Assembly: GCA_050084985.1 (NCBI GenBank)
Contig: JBITNC010000001.1
Location: 72,478,001-72,542,000, forward strand
Length of the DNA: 64,000 nucleotides
From: Nageia nagi
Lineage: Eukaryota > Plantae > Pinophyta
Reading direction: 5' to 3'
The position numbers and the translations under genes are program-made. Shown here piece by piece: positions 11,304 to 24,297 of the stretch (position 1 is the stretch's first letter; each line of letters begins with the position of its first letter). The notes under the pieces were generated by a model. The model was not told the DNA's origin and did no database searches. It saw only the letters and a program-made list of their open reading frames with translations.

Positions 11304-13186
11304 CCTAGTCATCTGGCTTTTGGTTACATGCCTTTTCGAACAACTGGCTCTGAATTTTGCTAGATTTCAATGAAGGAGCTTTGATGTTTGAAGCCATGGA
11401 GAATTCTACTTAAGCTCTTGTCAAACCCAAACGTCTAACCAATCTAGGCGCATAGTTCTGGATGAGTACAAAAGCATAGCTTGAAAAGTATGCGATTGGG
11501 CCTAGGGTCACTTAGTCAATTTTCGAACACAATTCTTCATTCCAGATCTGTTCGCATGGTTTTGAATGAGTGCCTCAAGTAATACCTTGAAGGTATGCGA
11601 TTGGGTTTAGGGGTTGATATGAAATGCCTTATCCAAAAAAGGCTAACTGAATGTGCAACATCCCTAAATCCTCCTTTCCTCCTTGGTCGTATGTTTTAGA
11701 GTGAGTGCCCAGGCATGTAAGAGAAATGGTGCAATTGGGTTCAGAAATGAATATGCAATGTTTCTCAGTGGTCTTCTTTCCTTGGTTGCATGTTTTGAAA
11801 TGAGTGCCCAAGCAAGCAAGAGAAATGATGTGACTAAGAAGAGGGGTGATTCTGGAATGATGTTTAAAATACTCAAAAAGGGGGTGATATTTATAGGTTT
11901 TGTGTAGTTTCCAGGTGTCACTTCCTTATTGGCCCATCTAAGGGTCAAATAGAAGGCCCACAATAAGGTCACATGTTTCTTGGAGTGTGCAAAAGGACGG
12001 GGTGAAAATGATGCGACTGGGAGAGGGGGGTGACTTGGCCAAATTTCAGACTGATTTTGAAGCCTTAGCCCTTAGTTGCATCCTTTTAGATGGGTGCCTA
12101 AAGCACATGCTTAAATCTTTGCGCCTGAGTCCTGGCACACTTCCCAAGGCCTAGGACCTAAAAAACTTCAAAAAAAGTGCAAGTAGTCTTTGGTCGCATG
12201 CCTAGGAAGGGATCCTTTTTCTCCTATTCTCCCATGCTTTGCTCCTTGTCAAATTTGCAAACTGAAATGAAGGGGGCTGATTTCCCTTTATAGCCCTCCA
12301 AGTGGGACACATGTCACCATGAGATAGGTGTAGAAAGAGGTCCAATGCATGGGCTCCCAATTGTCAACAAGGCTCAATACTTAGTCAATTTTCCTCTCTT
12401 CCCTCAGTCAATTTTCCTCTCTTCCCTCTAGTCGCATGGTTTTGGACGAGTGCAAAAGGACTCATCTAGATCCTTGTGACAACGTTTGAGGCTCCAAAAT
12501 TTGACTGGACGAGTGCAAAAGGACTCATCTAGATCCTTGCGACAACGTTTGAGGCTCTAAAATTTGACTAAGTGTAGAATCTCCTTTGTTGCATGGTTTT
12601 TGGTAAGTGCTAAAAGGACTCATCTCAAAGCATGTGACAATGAAAAAAAAATGCTAAGTATGAGTTGCCACCTTGGTTGCACCCTTTTGAAGGGGTGCAA
12701 AAAGGACTCCATGAAATGCATGCAACAACAAAATTCACTTAAAAAATGTGAAGTGTGAGATGATGTCCAGCCTAGTCGCACCTTCCTAGAAGGTGCAAAA
12801 GCACTCCATCGAAAACATGTGACAAGCTGAAAATGGGTGTTTCCTTTGCTTTTTCGACAGAAAAAACAACATATGAGATGCAAATGGGGTTCCTACAACA
12901 TGGGGGCCCTCAGGATGCTTTTGAATATGATGATGCAAATGACAAAAACAAGGAAGGCTGACTGGTCGCATGGCTTAAGAGGGGTGCAAAAGCACTCATT
13001 GAAAAACATGCGACATAATGAAAAATGCAAGATTTTGACTTCAACTACCATGAAAATCTAGTTTAAACACGTTCCTAAGACTAGACCGAAAGATGTGCAT
13101 CTTCTTGGACAAATTTTCCTAGAATTCCTCTTTTGCTTTCTTGAGGGTCCTCAAAATGTGAAAAATTTGGGGGGGGGGTTTCTATA
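11304..13186 (-). mobile_element. Start of the accessory ORF (ATG ~11397) and upstream promoter/LTR-like region of the host Tat/Ogre-like element
   Basis: Minus-strand TATA (ccctttatagccc, ~12284-12296); dispersed gtcgcatg/tgcgac motifs; tandem duplications (~24 bp x2 at ~12381-12426, ~63 bp x2 at ~12443-12569); ends in a G11 run plus tttctata (possible decayed LTR end or PPT). Confidence 0.5.
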
Positions 13187-13188
13187 GG

Positions 13189-13752
13189 CACAACACTTGG
13201 TATGAAGATATAATGAGATACCTAACATCCGGTACCTACCCACCTCATTTCAACATGTCGCAAAGGAGAGCATTGAGGTATAAAGTTTCTAGGTTTATGA
13301 TACAAGCAGGTCAACTGTATAGAAGAAATTATGATAGATTATATTTGAGATGCCTGGAAGAATCCCAAATCAAGGAGGTCCTGCAGCGGTTCCACAACCA
13401 AGAAAACAGAATAGGCCATGCTTCAGGTGGCGCATTAGCTCATCAAATTTTGAGGATTTTCAAGGATGTCCATGATTATGTGAAGAAATCTCATGTATGC
13501 CAGATCTCAACTGGAAGATAGAAGATTTTAAATATACCATTGTAGCCCGTTCTCGAGTCCAAACTATTCGCCCAGTGGGACTTGACTTTATTGGGGTTAT
13601 CAACCCCAACTCCTCTTTAGGGCACAAATTTATATTAATAACAACGAATTACTGCACCCGTTGGACCGAAGCTGAAGCTTGTAAGAATGCTACCTCTAAA
13701 GTAGTAATAAAATTTCTCGAAGAAATCATCACCCGCTTCGATATGCCATACT
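13189..13752 (+). pseudogene. Tat/Ogre/Athila-type integrase fragment (H2C2 zinc finger and rve N-half)
   Basis: WYEDIMRYL…LYRRNYD…YLRCL…FH…GH…HVCQ and GLDFIGVINPNSSLGHKFILITTNYCTRWTEA…VIKFLEEIITRFDMP; frameshifted and internally deleted. Confidence 0.85.
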
Positions 13753-13754
13753 CG

Positions 13755-15471
13755 TGTTGGAAACTAGAATAAAGAAATTAAGATCAAGATAGATTCATAA
13801 ATACTTGATCAAGTGGAAAGATTTGCCAAATGAAGATTCCACATGAGAAGGAGCTGAAATACTTGCACATCTATCATTGAATTGCTTGAGGACAAACAAT
13901 TTCGAGAGGGGAGGCTTTGTAACATCCCCTTTGAATAAAAACAAATAAAATTGGAATCCAAGAGATTCCTTTTTGTAAATATTTTATTTATTTATTTTAT
14001 TTGTCATTAGTTAATTGGGATAGAAATATAACGGTCCATTGGACCCACATTGTGAGCCCCAAGAGGGACGTTTTCCTCCCAAGCATAGGGTGTGTTAATT
14101 TAATAATCATTAATGCACTTGGAGATCCTAACATGATTGTGGGAATCCCAAACATCATGTAACATCCAAACTAGCATATTAAACACGTAGAACCCAATGT
14201 TGGACTTAGGCACTTGCAACAGCCTTAGGGAAGCTTCTAGACCCCCATGTTGGCCCATGTTGACACCTCAACATCCACACAACTCATAGACCTACGTTAG
14301 GCATGTGTGACACCCTGGACCCCACATTGGCATTTATGGCTCTTAGGTACCCACGTTGGGCATGTCTGAGCCCTAGGCACCCATGTTGGAGATCTTGGGC
14401 CTCCAGAAGGCTAACGTTGGATTTTAGGAGTTGGGGATGACTCCTAGGTGAGATCCAGATTCAATAATGTGTTGTATAAGGAAGTGGAGCCTCATTGCAA
14501 GGATATATAGAATTTGGTATTGAAACCCCTTCTTCTATTCAAAGACTTGGTGGCATCAAGCACCCTTGGGCATGTAGACCAAGGAGAGTCTAGGAGGCTT
14601 GGAACACCTTCTGACTAGCGGTTGAGGTGAGTGTTCGTGTTGTGAGGTTGCCTTACCCTAAGGCATCCACAATGGTTTGCACCTTCGAATCCATTCAGTG
14701 GTATTTCGGAATTATATTCGATTTCTTCATTGGGAGCTAGCCTGCGAGGGAGCCCTTCAGTGTGGCATCCACAGATTTGGTAAAGTGTGGTTGTTCTAAA
14801 GTGGTGTTCACAATATTATTCATCCTTGCACATCAATGTGCCCTAGTTGGCTCCTTGGAGGCCAATGTTGAGCCCTCTTGGGCCTGGTATTGTATTGATC
14901 TCATCATTATTCATTAATCCATCCGTGGCACATTTGGATCTCACTTATTGTCTCATATTGTGATGTGTTGATGCTATTTTACTCCTTTTGGTGTGACATC
15001 ATAATTCTTGGACTATTCTTGATGTGTTGTGCTTGATAAATGTGTTCCTGAATGTGATGTTGGCTTGTAGAGGTGATATCTTGCTTGAGAGGTGCATCAT
15101 TGAGTTTTTTGGCTCATTTTTTGACTTATTTGATGTCCTAGATCAGTTTGTGGCATGCCTGGATGCTTAGTTTGATATTTATTTGATATTTGCTTGGCTA
15201 ATTTCTACATTGAGAAAATTTGGGATTTTACATATGAATATCATGAAATTGAATGTGTATTCTGTTTTTTATGAGACTTTGGAGGTCAAACGTGTCTCTA
15301 CCCTTTTAAGTTTCTTGGTTTGGTTCCTCTATGTCCTTAATCTGAGGGACTGTGACCTACAATCAAAGACAAGGTGGCTGGAAATATTGTAATTATTATT
15401 GATTTAAATTTATATTGGACAAATGATTGCAGTTTAGATGGGAATGGTTTTAGCCAGTAGAGGCTGTTACT
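13755..15471 (+). mobile_element. 3' end of a chromovirus: chromodomain, PPT (13904-13916), 3' LTR from 13918 (right end approximate)
   Basis: KYLIKWKDLPNEDST*E chromodomain, LLEDKQF tail, gagaggggagg PPT, then TGTAACATCCCC. The LTR shares motifs with solo LTR 28780-29959 (gattgtgggaatccca, cctaggtgagatccagat). Confidence 0.75.
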
Positions 15472-16058
15472 GTGAAATAAGGTTCCCATCTTAAACATTG
15501 CTTGAATGAAAGTATTAAAAAAATTGAGTTATTAATTATTATATGCTATGTAGGTGTCACTAGATCATTGGACAGATTGATTTCTCACAAGCATCATTAC
15601 AAATCAATTAATACTTTCAAGTTGCTTTTGCAAACTGGCACTTACACCATGGTTCACATTCCAAGGCCAAATACTTCCTTTCCAACATTAGTAAGGAAAC
15701 AACATATTTTTTTATCATTCTATGACATCAACACTATGCCTTTGTAAATTCAATTCCTTCTCACGCTTCTAATTAATCTCGTATACATATTTTTAATGAT
15801 ATTGGAGTCATGGATGTTCATATTTCTTTCCTAATTTTTTTTACTTTGTTAAGTTGATTTAGTGTCCATCATCCTATTGGCTTTTCATAGCACCTTTTGT
15901 GTATTATAGTATAATATATGCTTGCAAGCTACATTGATTTCTTTGTAATAGTGCTTTGAGTTTGGGAGTGTGATTTAATATATTTTATATTTGTATTAAT
16001 AGCACATATTTTGATTATAATATTTACCTTTTAGAGACTTAAATATCATACTCTAAAC

Positions 16059-16503
16059 CCTGGTTCGAAAATCCACGAGTAATCAGCGAGTACTCGTGAG
16101 TAATCGTGATTCAGAGGCAAAACGAGTAATCCATGGTCATTACTTGGTCCTATTGGTTTTTGGAGGTTACTCAGCAATTACTCGACTACTATCAAAATAA
16201 AGCTAAAAAACATGAAAAAAAGATAGTAAACACCAACATATGTCTTTTAACTATCTAATTGTGTGTCATTCTTCTCATTCCATTGTGTTAGCTCAGTTTT
16301 TCACTCTGTAGATCAGTTTGTGAAAGATTCGAAGTTTGCGTATCACTTTGAAGAGCTTCGCCATTGATTTGTAATTTTTTTCATATTTTGAAATGTTCGA
16401 GATTTTTTTTGCCAAGTTTTGGTGCCGAGTACTCTCCGAGTTGCCAAGTACCCTCTAAATTTTTCCTAGCTGAGTAGTTCCGGAGTCGAGTTTTCCAACC
16501 TTG
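16059..16503. mobile_element. hAT-type MITE
   Basis: 8-bp TSD CTCTAAAC (16051-16058 and 16504-16511); imperfect TIR cctggttcgaaaa / ttttccaaccttg; subterminal cgagt repeats. Confidence 0.85.
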
Positions 16504-16577
16504 CTCTAAACAATTATTTTTTTCTAAAAAATTATAGAAAGATTGATATCTATCTATCTATCTATCTAATATATATA

Positions 16578-16910
16578 TAAGCATGAAACTTGTAAAACAG
16601 CTGCGTTTCTGTTTTGGAAACTCGAAAACTTGGACGCAACTGGAAAACTTGTAAAGCCTTATCTATAAAGGCTTATTTTGGATTTTATATTTTGTAATCA
16701 TGTATAGGAGTTAATATAGACATTGTTTTCTTTCTAAAATGTTATTTATGTGTATCATTCTTTTTTTTTGCAAGTTAATGTGGTATTTAAAAAAAAGCAA
16801 ATATATATATATAACACGTGTCCTCCGGTGTACCCATTTTTTGAGGGGTCACGTTTCCAAGCGTTCTTGTTTCGGAAACTTGGTAACGTTTCCAAGTTTC
16901 ATGCAACTTA
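16578..16910. mobile_element. MITE (TIR gcatgaaacttg…caagtttcatgc); left end eroded by a microsatellite
   Basis: 12-bp inverted termini; internal gaaac/gtttc motifs; TSD not resolvable. Confidence 0.65.
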
Positions 16911-16918
16911 AGAATATC

Positions 16919-16961
16919 TAAAGTTAAAAACATTTCTACAATTTAAGAATATCAAACCATC

Positions 16962-17005
<44 letters not shown>

Positions 17006-17058
17006 CCATAGTGATGATGGTTTGATATTCTTAAATTGTAGAAATGTTTTTAACTTTA
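16919..17058. repeat. Perfect 51-bp inverted repeat around a (TA)n loop
   Basis: Arms 16919-16969 and 17008-17058 are exact reverse complements. Confidence 0.95.
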
Positions 17059-19176
17059 AGAATTACTTCTCACATGATCCAGGGAAGATATTGTAAATTC
17101 AAATTGTAATCTTGAGTATTATCAATCCATGGAGTTTTTATTGTGTGTTGTCTGCAGACAGCTGCAAGCTGTTTTTTTGTTGTACATTTTGTTTTTATAA
17201 TTTATAATCAATATAAACATATATTTTTCTTATCAGGAAAAATACTATTACCCTTTAGTTTCAAGTAGCTCGTGTGATGCAATATTTTACTTCACAGGAA
17301 GATGCCATAACTTTGAACTATAACCTTTGTTTTAGGATTTGACTGTTACCTTCTTTCCACGTACTAACCTGCTCGAGGTAGATGCCACCCAGGTTAACCT
17401 CAAATGGATAGTAACTTGGCGTGAAACAAACACTTTTAGGTTGATGAGTTTACTTCTAAGGAAAGGCATTATTTTAATGTTAACGACCTTGGATGACCAA
17501 AATAGGTCATTCTTATCAATTCACATATCACTTGAATCTAAAGAATCCATCAGAAATCCAGTGATGCATGTTTACATGGACAGCCTGGTCTGTTGGCAAA
17601 GGTAATATAAAGATCCTCGATGTTTGAGAGAAGTGGAAAGTACAGAGGTTTTGGAGATGCTAATCACATTTTAGAAGGGAGGATGCTGAACATATATCTT
17701 CTTCGAGTAGTCACTTGAGAAGCAGAAGCAAAGGGAAGAAAGAGGTGATCAGATCAAGAAGACTCGTGCATGGCATGCCACTTGCGTGACAAAACACTGT
17801 TGGTTGGCTTGAAAAATGGTGGCAAGTGACGAATGTCTTCGAATAGACAAAAGTATCTTCCATGGCTACAAGGTTTTTGGCTAGGACTAATTTTTAGAAC
17901 AATCAAGAACATGAGAAAGTAAAACTGTATCAATTCAATCAGTATTATGAAACATATATATGCAGAAATATAATGAACCAGTCATGTTTCAGAAATAGTA
18001 ATGCCTTCTGTCTTTTGTTTTGAGTGATGACCATGTTATCTTATATTGAAAGAAAATGGAAATACTGGATGACATAAGTGAGATAATGAGCGATAAATGA
18101 CTCATGGAGCAGAAAAACTGAAGTCAAGTGTTGTAAAAGGTCACAAGGTTTCGAGAGTCCCTTAAATGAGAAAGAAATCTTTGAATAAGCATTTCCAGAG
18201 GAATGGAATAAGGGTAAATAGAATTAGCAAAATTTCTCGTTAGAGACAACTGTTTAGAGAAAGATTGAAGGACAAAATTGACTCCCTTAAACTACTTGCC
18301 ATGAGAAGTATGTTTGAGGTGCAGTGAAGAGTTGGACAGATAAAATGGAAGAATTACTTATGTTATTGATTGGATTTAGTAAAGGCATGTGTTGGTGATT
18401 CTTAGGAGGATAGTCTAACACTGTAATGGTCACAATAGTCCATTCGAGGTGGAAGGCCTTAGGTCTCTAAAGTTCATGCAGAATAACTTGGATTGACAAC
18501 ATAAACATTCAACAAATACATAAAAATGACAAGGCTACCAAGCAAAAGCTACCCAAATTTAACAGGGATGGTCAAGTCCCAAAGATGCATTGGAAGACAT
18601 TCGAGACTTTGGGATGGTAAAGGAAATTTTGAAACTGGAAAGAATGGAAAAATGCATTTGATAAATACTTATATTGCTAAGAGATGTTAAGTGGTTCTGT
18701 GGTTGTACTCTATAACACTGAACAAGGGAAATTAGATATAATCCATATATGTAAGTTTGAATGAATTGATGGGGAAAGCCCCAAAGAGTAGATTGATAAT
18801 TATTTATTATAGAATAGTGCTAATGGGTAAAGGAGGCTAGAAATTCCATTGTTGTAGCACAAACAATATGGTGAAAACGAGAAGCTTTCCAAATATTCAA
18901 AAACAGTTCAAGAAGCAAAATGAGTTGTGTGCGAACATCAAGGAGAAAGAAGAATACTTCAACTCTCTCATGGATAAATTGGAGGATCTACAATCTCAAT
19001 GTTTGTGGTATATGAATACCATCCTTGAGAAGGTGAACTATTTATAGATGAAGAGTCAACAAGCCATATAAGAGCTCCATGACAACTCATAGGAAATGTT
19101 TGTTGAATACATGAACTTGGAGGATGAAGCAATGTACAATCAATATCTAGTTGAGTAAGGAATTGACTTGTGTAAA

Positions 19177-22100
19177 CATAGAATAAAAGGACGGTTTTTT
19201 GAAAATACGGTTTAGGGCCAAAGACGCAAAGACGGCCAATAAACAGTCAAGTTAATGGGCTCATCCTCATCCTTCTTTTGTAGTTGCCTCACATACAATC
19301 ATAGGTTGACATAAATGTACACAATATCATTCAAGCGTTGTGTTGTCAACCTATTAACATAAAAAAAACGTGAGATAATAAGAAATTGAGAATTGAGAGT
19401 GAGAAGTAAGAAATTTCCATTGCATTTTGAAAGTTGAAAGGAATCACAATTGAAATGAATCAAATTACTAACCTGTTGCGCTTTTTGGAGTGAATTTTTT
19501 CAAATGCACTCCAATTCCACTCACATCTTGAAGCGCTACACATTTGACTAAGGATGCGGATGGCAAATCTTTGCAACTCAGGTGTTTCACCCCCAAAATT
19601 CGCCCACCACAACTCTAAAAAATGAAGTAGCAATATCAAATTAGAAAACATTAAATATTTAAATGCCTAAATGTATAAACTTAAAAGTAATGCATGAACT
19701 GTGAATTTTTCTCACTTGGAGCAATAGTGAAACGTGCCTCTCTAGAGAATTGATACCCAAAGAGGCCTCTTAAGTGCTTGTATGACTCAAGCTCCTTGAA
19801 GGTTTTGGATTGAGTGGTGGGATCCTGAACCATAGTAGCTACACATTTTGTAAGCCCCAAGTTAGCATGAGTATCAGTCTTGTATTTTGAGTTTGGTGCA
19901 AAATATAAGATAGGGTTCAAGATGGCCCCTGCTCCATGAATAGGGCGATACAACATCTTCCACCACCGTTCATCAATGAAATCCCAAAACACCATGTGCT
20001 TGTTACCAAACTCATTATCCTCATTAGGGTGGTCAATATAATAATGCATTATGGCCTCCTTGGCCCCAGCCATAGCCTCATAGAAATAGCCCATAGTGGG
20101 CCTATCACTATCAACCAAACGAAGGACTCGTTCAAGTGGTGCTATGACGCTACAAATCTCTTTGAGCGTCGCCCAAAATTCATCCTTGGATATCAATGAA
20201 GACACGACCATGCCCTTTGGCCTCGTGCTCATGGCCGTATCACTCCACTATCTAGAAACAAACATTGAACGCAGCTCATGCATGTTTCTAAATATCAATT
20301 GAAGGTTGATGAAATTGGAGGCAAAACATGTAACTCCTAGGTGCAACATGTCCCTGCCATTGGTGTACCTCCTCATCTTGCTAAGAACAATGGTTTCATT
20401 ATAAATATACCTGATAACACCAGATAAGAAATTAAGAATCATGATAGTCTAAGAGTAGTACTATAACATGAGAATAAAAAATGATAAGATAAAACAAGAT
20501 AAAATAGATGTACCTTGTGATTGACCTTGCTTGGTCAACCACCTCTCTCACCCAAGCCATTTTTCCTATGTCCTCCAGAAGAAGATCAATGCAATGACAA
20601 GCACAAGGAGTTCAATACAAGGAGGCATACATATTCATGAGCTTGTTATCTGCTGCAACATAACTAGAAGCATTGTCTTTGATCACCTGAACAACATGCT
20701 CCGGCCCCACCTCCTTCACAAACTGATCCAATAAGTCACATAACAAGTTTGCATCTTTTTCCTTATTGGATGCATCAACGGATTTCTTGAATATTGTGCC
20801 ATATTTTGAGTATACCAAAAAATTAATCAAGCCTCTACTCTTACTATCCGACCACCCATTAGATAATATTGTGCAACGCATAAACTTCCAAGATTCTTCA
20901 ATATCAGCCATTCTAAAAGCAGTAAAATAAAACTAAAATAAATTATAAAACAACTATATTAAAAAAGTAATTAAAAAAATGTAATACATAATAACATATT
21001 GTCTATTGAAATTTGATATCATTATTTACATACCTTTCATGACTTCCTGCTTGAAATCCTTCATGACAGACCCTTGCATTTTTGCATGAGTAGGGGCCAC
21101 ATACCCAAGTCTAGCATTAGCCACTGCATCGATTGATGGTTGCGAAAATACACTCTTGGTAATGTGGATTGGAGCTCCCCTGTAATAGATCAATTTTTCC
21201 AACATCAAATCAGGTTCTTTCTTCTCCTTCTTCTTCAAAAAACTGATAATGGATGGTTGGGATCTAGGAGTTGTCTGGGGTTGAAAGTAGGAATGGATTC
21301 CAACCCCTCCAGGGCATTTACTTCCACTAGATCTACTTCCACTTGCACTGCTAGTGCCACCTACACTTGGACTGAAAATATTTCCACTTGCAGTAGAAGA
21401 GCTCATCCCTCCTAGCTCCATTCGAAATGCTCATTTCCTCTCTTTTCTCTCAACAATAGAATCCAAGGCTCTAATTGCATCCAAAGCAAGATCTGGAGTT
21501 GCTTTTGGGAAACTCTCCACATCGCTCCTTGGTCTCCTAGAAAGATGCCCTTTGAACCTTGTAATTGTTCCCCGGATAGGCTTGTCACATAGATTGCACT
21601 GAAATGCTGAGAATTGCCTCGAACCCCCTCAATTGGAGTCACATATTGCCAAAATCTATCCAACTCTTTCGGCATTTTGGAGTCTTGGACAACCTCCCTC
21701 AACAATGCTCTTGCTCCCCTCTAGCTCCTCTCTCTTTCTACAAGCCCCGCAAAGCAAAAATGAGGGGAAAAATACTTCCCCCCCTTTATTCCTTCTCCCT
21801 AGCTGCTCAATTGCCTTCCGCATTTTCGTGATGTCTTTTGTGTATTTTCCTTGTTTAAATAGCTTCTAGATGACAAAAATACGAAAACGCCATCTTTTGC
21901 TTCCTAATGGGTGTTCTGGACCTGTCATGGTGCATCTTTTGATCAAAATACATTTCTTTTAGGCGTTTTAAATGACGTATTTGGAGAAAAAGAAGCCAAA
22001 AACGGTGGGTACATCGTTGAGGTGTTTAAGTTCATTTTTTTTACATTTTCTTGGCATCATTTGCATTTAAATGCTATTTTTTGGGTGAAAAGATGTGTAT

Positions 22101-22301
22101 AAACGGCCTTGAAAATTCGTCCTCAATCTTGCGTTTTTTCCATGTCTTCAACATTTTTATGGTGTTTAAATAGAGTTTAAACGGACCATTTTTTGGTTTA
22201 AAAAATAGTGTTTTTCCATTTTTTAAAGGAAAGTATTGGAAAATTAAAAAAACAGAAAAAACACCGTTTTTTCCATTTAAACGGTATTTTTTTATTCTAT
22301 G
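19177..22301 (-). mobile_element. hAT DNA transposon (defective)
   Basis: TIR catagaataaaa…ttttattctatg; near-TSD tgtgtaaa (19169-19176) / cttgtaaa (22302-22309); aaacgg/ccgttt subterminal repeats. Confidence 0.92.
19260..21675 (-). pseudogene. hAT transposase (BED finger, DUF659, hATC dimerisation domain), intron-containing, disabled
   Basis: FWQYV…CNLC…RFKGHL; CTILSNGWSD…LINFLV…VGPEHVVQVIKDNAS; LRLVDSDRPTMGYFYEAM; WWANFGGETPELQRFAIRILSQ…NWSAFEKIHSKKRNRL. AT-rich GT-AG introns; frameshifts; catalytic SDGW changed to SNGW. Confidence 0.9.
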
Positions 22302-22479
22302 CTTGTAAATCATGAAGAAGATGGGAAGTCATTTAGGTCAAGGAATGGGAAAGATGTCCTTGGGTATTAAGGAAGCTTTGGTGGTGAAATAGAGATCCAA
22401 GCATATAGGAGTCACAATCATAGTGAGATCATTTATTGGTTAGGGAGAGCAATCACATATTAGTCTACATCAATGATCA

Positions 22480-24282
22480 TGTTGGAAACCTAATCCTTAA
22501 CGATTATGGTTGATTTCAAATATTAATTAGTTTAGGTGTTATATGTGTGTAGAAGTGTGAAAGTATTTATTATTCATGTATTTTTGAATTTGTGAGTGCG
22601 AGGATTCCCAAAGGTCATAGAAAGTTGAAGTTAGAGTTGTTAGGAAGTTAAAGAGTCTCTTAATGAAGATGAGGTGATAAGCCACTTCTACTATTTATGT
22701 ATGTTGAGTGTGATCTAATACTTGAACTTTGAAGTTTAATTAATTTTCGATTTGTGCCTTACAATGGTCTCAGAGCTTGATGCTTTATTCACCATTCCTT
22801 GGCTCTCCATGTGAGTTATCTTTTCAAAAAGATAGCTCCAATTTTCAGTTTTGTTCATAAATTTTGGTATGGTTATTCATTTCTACTTCTGTCAATTGTT
22901 TTGGATCCCCATTTCCATCAAATTTGTAAAGTTTGAATTTTATAAGCTGTCATGTACTATAATATATATCTTCCATAGCTCACTCCGGAATTTCTTAGTT
23001 ATTATGGGTAACGTGGGCTTAATCCTTGAGGTGCCTTTTCTTTAGGGGATTGCATATTATTGTTGGAGGAGAAAGTTCTACACACCTTGAGGCACATCTT
23101 TTTGTTTATATTCCTTTCTTCATCCCTTTCGGATTAGGGGGGTAATATTGGAAACCCAATCTTTAGGGGTTATGGTTGATTGTAATATTAATTAGTTTAA
23201 GTGGTATAAGTGTGTAGGAGTGTGAAAGTATTATTATTATTATTTTTTGGTAGTTAAAAAATTTAGATTAATTCAAAAAGTGTTACATGGCTCATAGAGA
23301 AACAAACTAAAATTGACATAACAAGGTGAACTGAACGGAGAAAACAAAGAAGACTGATCCAAATTGTCACTGCCAACATTGGTAGAAAGGGGAGCTCCCT
23401 GACTGCTATGCCTGTGCAAAGACTATGCCTTGGAACATGTCTGCCATGCCTTTGCTGAAGCGAGCTATGCCGTGCCTTTGCTGAAGTGGGCACAATGAAA
23501 TGTTGGTGCTTAGAGAGTTCATTTGAGCACCTGATGAACTCTTTACCCCCAACTGTATCATTGTTGTCTGGTGTATATGAAATTACATAATGTTGGAAAT
23601 CTCTTGTCACTGCGTACAATACAGGGCTCAAAATTGTATTGCTGATGAGCTCTTTACCCCCAACCGTCGTCGTGTGGAATTTACTGATCAGAATGCCCAG
23701 CTCCAGAGAAAAGTGCTTATTCCTTTATAATTGATTGGAGAATAGGCCTGTAGCTGTTGACTGGCTGCCAAGCGTTTGAAGCTGAGCAAATGGAGAGCAG
23801 GGTATGACAGAGAGTGAGGCACCTGGGCAACTGCCCCCAATTCATGGTGTTTGTTGTGCCAAAAAAATCCTTTAACATCGCTACTTTGATTCAGATATTT
23901 AACTCGAGTGGGCAAGCTGCCATCTTTGAGTGATGTCCTCGGATGGAATTGCGGAGATAGGAAATGAGGCATCAAAGATGTTGGAGAGTTGCTTCTTAAG
24001 CCTGCTCCATTGACTATCAACGTCCAGTGATCAGTTGTTGAAAATCCGAGAGTTTCTTTCAGTCCAGAGGGACCATAGTGTGAAAATCTTTATTATTTAT
24101 GTATTTTCAGACTTGTGTGTGGTAGGAATCCCAAAGGTCATTAGAAGTTGAAGTTGTACAGTCTTTAAGGAGTTAGAGAGTTTCTTGAAGAAGTTGAAAT
24201 GATAAGACACTTCTTCCACTATTTATCCATGATGTATGAGATGTAAAGCTTTAACTTTGGTGTTTAACTTGAGTGCCTTGTA
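22480..24282 (+). mobile_element. TRIM (terminal-repeat retrotransposon in miniature), old; 3' LTR interrupted by a LINE
   Basis: 5' LTR 22480-22763; PBS tggtctcagagc 22765-22776; ~370 bp non-coding interior; PPT ggattagggggg 23131-23142; 3' LTR 23146-~23240 plus ~24078-24282. No TSD recovered. Confidence 0.8.
23240..24077 (-). mobile_element. 5'-truncated L1 LINE (ORF2 C-terminus, 3' UTR, A-rich tail)
   Basis: Minus frame WSLWTERNSRIFNN, the L1 ORF2 'WxxWxERNxRIF' motif; T/TTA tail at the left end; flanking duplication agtgtgaaa. Confidence 0.75.
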
Positions 24283-24297
24283 ATAAAAAAAATGAAA

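Noticed and set aside
17100-19176. Possible upstream GCP4 exon or other gene
   Set aside because: No GCP4-like peptide or convincing splice-bounded ORF was found; it looks like very old TE debris, family unresolved.
23530-23690. Duplicated ctgatga…ctctttacccccaac…ctga resembling box C/D snoRNAs
   Set aside because: It lies in the 3' UTR of a minus-strand L1 fragment, the box spacing is too short and there is no properly positioned rRNA guide.
23688-24020. 110-aa ORF as a processed host retrocopy
   Set aside because: An alternative frame carries the L1 ORF2 WxxWxERNxRIF motif, which explains the insert.
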